A stretch of 64,000 nucleotides of DNA from NCBI GenBank assembly GCA_046290465.1, contig JBKAGP010000001.1, positions 5,728,001-5,792,000 of the forward strand. Direction: 5' to 3'. The stretch is from Planctomycetota bacterium. Its GTDB lineage: Bacteria; Planctomycetota; UBA1135; UBA2386. The notes below the pieces were generated by a model, which worked only from the letters and a program-made list of their open reading frames with translations, searched no databases and had not been told where the DNA came from. The position numbers and the translations under genes are program-made. Shown here piece by piece: positions 60,331 to 64,000 of the stretch (within the stretch, counting starts at the first letter, position 1; the number at the start of each line of letters is the position of its first letter).

Positions 60331-61967
60331 ATCCGGTTTCCGTCGAGTCGGCGCAGCCGTGCCGCGACGACGAAGTGGTCCATCGATCCCGGGCCGGGCG
60401 CCACGTGCAGCAGGTGCCACGCCTCGGTCTCGAGGACGGCGGTTCCTCGGACGCGATGCCGAACCGGTGCCGAGGCCTCGTGACCGGCGGAGCCTTCCGG
60501 CCACCTCGTGTGCTCCAGCACCGTCTCGATCTTCAGGTGGTGCTCGTCGACACAGGCGATGCGCGCCCGGACGGCGAGGCCGTCTCGGTTTTCGCCTGGG
60601 CTCATGGCCTTCGCCCTGTCGGTGGGGCCCGGGGAGTCTCGGTGCACGCCTGCATCGAGCGAGAAGCCGCGGTGCGGACCGACGATCGCAAGGCACGCGT
60701 GGTTCAGGAGCTTCTCGAGGTCGTCCGGCTTGTCGGCCAGCGCAGCCCATGACCGCTCTCCGGCGATGGTCCCGAATCGTAGCTCGAGCGAGTACTGGCG
60801 TTGCTGGTGCCGAGCCAGGGCGTCCACCATGCCTCGAATGCGAGTCATTGCATCCGTGTCGCAGCGCGCGAGCAACAGACCGTTCTGGTAGCTCATGGTG
60901 AACGGGCTACCGTCCCACTTGTCTGGTTCGATCGTCGAAGTGAGCAGGTCGATGAGTCGCGACTCGTCGATGACCGGCGCGGCTGAATCCTTTTCGATCT
61001 CCGGGAACAGCGGCGCATCGTCGACCCCGGAGCGAGGAACCGGACGAGCGGCACCGGGCATGTTCGCAACGAGTGCGCCGACCGGGAGCACCAGACGGCC
61101 CAGATCACCGATTGCCGTCGATTCCTCAATCGGAGAGGGTGCGATCCAGGCTTCGACCGGCGCAAGTCGCCGCAGGCGCAGGCAGATTGCGTGCCCGCCG
61201 GCCGTGTTGGCTCCGACCAGCAAGCCCTGGCCGTTATTGAGGATGCCCGAGGCACGGACCGCTCCGGACCCGGTTCGTGCCGCCAGGGCAACCAGCAGCT
61301 TGCCATCGTGGGTCCGATTCGCGCGCACCTCCCAAGCCGAATCGGCGGCCTCTTCGCCGGCCTGCCGACGTGCTCCGGACTCGAGACAGATGGGGCATCC
61401 GATCGCGCCTCGACCGAACCACATTCGTCGCGGCTGTGACGCCTGCAGCAACGCGTCGAATCGTGTTCCGTCGAGGACAGGCTGCCGTCCTGCCACAGCG
61501 CCTCCAGGCAGCTCGTAGACCTCGATGAGGACCTGCTCCATCGCGAAACCACGCATCCGATCGAGCACGCTGGCGACCATTTCGTGCATCTCGGGATTGC
61601 AGGTCACCATCAGCAGCCTCGACTCGTCGGTGCGGATTTCGACGCCTTCCTCGAGCCAATAGGTGTAGTCGGTCAGGTGCTGCAGATTGTCGACGAGATC
61701 CGCGAGTTCGATTCCGGCGATCGGATCGTCTCCGGCTTCGGACTTGCGTGGCAGGCCTCTGGCCGCCTCGGAAGCCGGGTCGACTCGGCCATCGAGCGAC
61801 GGAAGGTCGCGGATCTCGTAGGGCGCGAACTCGATGTCGCCCCAGGCGAGCGCCTGAACGTCGTAGATGCGCGTCGACAAGCCGCGCTGCGCGGCGATCG
61901 GCAGGGCGAGCAGGCAGATTGCTGCCCAGACGGCGGCGACGGGCGCCACGGAACTCGATGTGGTCAT
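60285..61967 (-). CDS. Exported protein with duplicated secretin-N-like module (related to 36720..38321)
   Basis: Signal ...PIAA|Q; TRIYDVQAL; TDESRLLMVTCNPEMHEMVASVLDRMR..QVLIEV and QNGLLLARCDTDAMTRIRGMVDALAR..QYSLEL. Confidence 0.6.
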   Translation of the reverse strand: MTTSSSVAPVAAVWAAICLLALPIAAQRGLSTRIYDVQALAWGDIEFAPYEIRDLPSLDGRVDPASEAARGLPRKSEAGDDPIAGIELADLVDNLQHLTDYTYWLEEGVEIRTDESRLLMVTCNPEMHEMVASVLDRMRGFAMEQVLIEVYELPGGAVAGRQPVLDGTRFDALLQASQPRRMWFGRGAIGCPICLESGARRQAGEEAADSAWEVRANRTHDGKLLVALAARTGSGAVRASGILNNGQGLLVGANTAGGHAICLRLRRLAPVEAWIAPSPIEESTAIGDLGRLVLPVGALVANMPGAARPVPRSGVDDAPLFPEIEKDSAAPVIDESRLIDLLTSTIEPDKWDGSPFTMSYQNGLLLARCDTDAMTRIRGMVDALARHQQRQYSLELRFGTIAGERSWAALADKPDDLEKLLNHACLAIVGPHRGFSLDAGVHRDSPGPTDRAKAMSPGENRDGLAVRARIACVDEHHLKIETVLEHTRWPEGSAGHEASAPVRHRVRGTAVLETEAWHLLHVAPGPGSMDHFVVAARLRRLDGNRIRGSVAPAQPLHNGG

Positions 61968-61989
61968 GGTTCGTCTCGGGTTCTCGGTA

Positions 61990-63792
61990 TCAGCGCAGCA
62001 AGGCAGTTCGCGCGACCCGAAGGCCCATCAGGCTCGAGGTGTTGGTTTCGGAAACCTGGGCGCGCGCAGCACTACGAAGGGAGCTCTTGCGGTGCCGATT
62101 GAGCAGCAGGCATCCAGCGTTGCCACCGCGCACGACGCGGTGCTTGTTGCCGTCTTCTTCGAAGGCAATCTGTCCGAGGTGGCTCGGGCTCTGTTCGGCG
62201 TAACTGTCCTGGCACAGTTCGTCGACGTTGCCGTGCATGTCGAACAGGCCCCATGGATTCGGTGATCGAATCCCGCAGCGGATCGGCTTCACGTTGCGTG
62301 CCTTCGGGTCGGTCCGGAAGGCCGCCTGCTGCTTGTTGAGGGTGCGTCCGAACGCGTACGGCGTCGTCGTGCCCGCCCTGCAGGCGTACTCCCATTCTGC
62401 CTCGCTAGGTAGCCGCAGGCCGTGCCCGACCTTGTCGAGGAACTTCTGCGCCGAGCGCCAACTGACCTTGGTCTTCGGAAGGCTGCCCTTCTTGCCGGCG
62501 ATCGGCTTGTTCGACATCACCTGCGACCATTGCGAGGCTGTCAGCTCCGTCTCCGCGAGGTAGAAGGCGCTCTCGATCAAGCGCGTGTGCAGGTGCTCGT
62601 TGCTATACCTGCCCGCTTCGTTGGCCGGAGATCCCATCTGGAACGATCCACCCGGCACCAGGACCATGGTGATGCCACTGCGGCGCTCGCGGACTCGCCA
62701 CGGCAGGCCCGAGTCGGCGATTCGTGCCAGGATCGCCTTGTCCTTGACCCGTGCCGGGTCGGGCTGGATCCGCAGGATGTCGGCCCAGACATCGATCGCG
62801 GCCAGTAGCTCCGCGTTGGTCGAGGCTTCCGCTTCTTCGACGTCGTTGTCGAGCGGTATCGGCTCGGGCGCGGGCCGACCGGGGCTTCCCATTCGTGGGC
62901 TTGCCTGACGCGGCCCCGTCGCTCGTTCGTCGAGCCTCCGCAATGGAATGTCGCCACCGGAGTCGCCGTCCCAGATGGACTTCGGCTTCTGCCGGTTCTG
63001 GCTCTGGCGCTTGACGCAGTGGTAGGTGTAGCGCGCCAGTTCGCGGAAGGTGATCCACTTGTCGTCGTTGCTCTCGGCATCTCCGCCCAGACCGAGCAGC
63101 AGGTAGTGCGTGAACAGGCCGTTGCGGATCGGCTGCTGGTGGTGATCCAGCGTCCCGGGCGTCGGTTCGAACGACAGCGTGCCGGGGGCGGTGGAGAACA
63201 GGATGCCCATGCCCTCGGCCTCGAACTGGTCGAGTTCGAATCGGTCGACGTTCGTGTTGCGCGACGGCACATTGCGGCAGGCATCTACGATCAGCATCTT
63301 CTGGCGCGCTTTGCTGAGAGCCATCAGGCGGCGCACGCTGTCGAGGTCGAGTCCGGTGATCGAGAGTCTGTCGGGATCCGTGAACTTCGTGCAGAAAAAC
63401 GGGGCCCCGCCCGGCTCCGAGAAGCCGTGCCCCGAGAGGTAGACCAGCAAGACGTCCTCCGGATCCGCATTGGCGCACATGCGGCGCACCTCGGACAGGA
63501 TCGAGTCCGCGTGGTTCGGTGACCGACGCGTGTCGCTGCGCATTTCGCTAACGGAGAACCCGAGGGTCTTTAAGGTGGCTGCGAGGTCCGCTGCGTCCTT
63601 CTCCGCGAATTGCAGCTCGGTCAGGTGTTCGTAGCGGTCCACTCCGACGACGACCGCGAAGCAGCTGCGGCCGTCTCCACGTTGCTCGCGTGGTACGACC
63701 ATGATGTCCTTGGTGGCCGGGGCCTGGGCATGGGTGGAGAATGCGAGCAGCAGCAGCAGCAGCGCGTTGGAGATCGCTCGAATCGGCAGCAT
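61990..63792 (-). CDS. Exported caspase-family (peptidase C14) + FGE-sulfatase/SUMF1 domain protein
   Basis: AVVVGVDRY, YLSGHG, IVDACR, GLFTHYLL; VPGGSFQMGS, RLPSEAEWEYACRAG, NPWGLFDMHGNV, GLRVAR. Confidence 0.9.
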   Translation of the reverse strand: MLPIRAISNALLLLLLAFSTHAQAPATKDIMVVPREQRGDGRSCFAVVVGVDRYEHLTELQFAEKDAADLAATLKTLGFSVSEMRSDTRRSPNHADSILSEVRRMCANADPEDVLLVYLSGHGFSEPGGAPFFCTKFTDPDRLSITGLDLDSVRRLMALSKARQKMLIVDACRNVPSRNTNVDRFELDQFEAEGMGILFSTAPGTLSFEPTPGTLDHHQQPIRNGLFTHYLLLGLGGDAESNDDKWITFRELARYTYHCVKRQSQNRQKPKSIWDGDSGGDIPLRRLDERATGPRQASPRMGSPGRPAPEPIPLDNDVEEAEASTNAELLAAIDVWADILRIQPDPARVKDKAILARIADSGLPWRVRERRSGITMVLVPGGSFQMGSPANEAGRYSNEHLHTRLIESAFYLAETELTASQWSQVMSNKPIAGKKGSLPKTKVSWRSAQKFLDKVGHGLRLPSEAEWEYACRAGTTTPYAFGRTLNKQQAAFRTDPKARNVKPIRCGIRSPNPWGLFDMHGNVDELCQDSYAEQSPSHLGQIAFEEDGNKHRVVRGGNAGCLLLNRHRKSSLRSAARAQVSETNTSSLMGLRVARTALLR

Positions 63793-64000
63793 GACTATCC
63801 TCGGAGTGCATCAAATCCCGGGATGCGAAGGCGTTCAACCTGTCGAAGGACCATTCGCCCCCAGCGGTCGCGATGTTCTGCGGACCGGGAGTGGGCGCTC
63901 GGGCGGGCGGCCCCACCGTTTTCCCGATCGTGGTCGGAGAGCCATCGGTAACGTGAGAATGGCCGCCCGTTTCGTTCGTCCGGTCCGCAGCCAGGTCGTC

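Noticed and set aside
61990..62200. Diversity-generating retroelement variable region in the FGE domain
   Set aside because: No template repeat or reverse transcriptase was found inside the window. One outside the window cannot be excluded.

Overview
A very GC-rich bacterial window, probably Planctomycetota. That assignment is inferred from a TIGR02996+LRR protein, many exported proteins of unknown function, prenyltransferase-repeat and carboxypeptidase-regulatory-like proteins, and an ECF/anti-sigma pair. It holds about 58 CDS. Housekeeping genes include ygiQ (cut by the window edge), ndh, a gltP-type symporter, rhlE, rlmH, an rsmB-like gene, queA and thiE. There are three hybrid histidine kinases and two AT-richer accessory segments: 29.3-32.3 kb, enclosed by the two halves of a decayed IS630, and 59.8-64 kb, next to an IS110 remnant. 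No tRNA, rRNA or CRISPR array was seen. The most notable signals concern protein export and sorting. (1) An exosortase-H-like cassette has a divergent VPASGP-type C-terminal sorting substrate and an apparently catalytically dead exosortase paralog fused to a SEC-C zinc motif. (2) Three unrelated exported proteins share a ~110-aa C-terminal domain that could be an undescribed sorting signal. (3) Gln follows all 14 signal-peptidase-I-type signal peptides I could identify (a Bacteroidetes-like Q-rule). (4) Two paralogs have an internally duplicated secretin-like architecture. (5) An LpoB/COG3014/FlgT-like/YcfL lipoprotein operon is present. Also seen are an 83-bp TAG-bounded tandem repeat, twin TetR operators, an amber-interrupted Cys-rich secreted gene and a MYG1 gene with no nearby stop. 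All family calls come from motif recognition by eye, not database searches, and start codons are best guesses.
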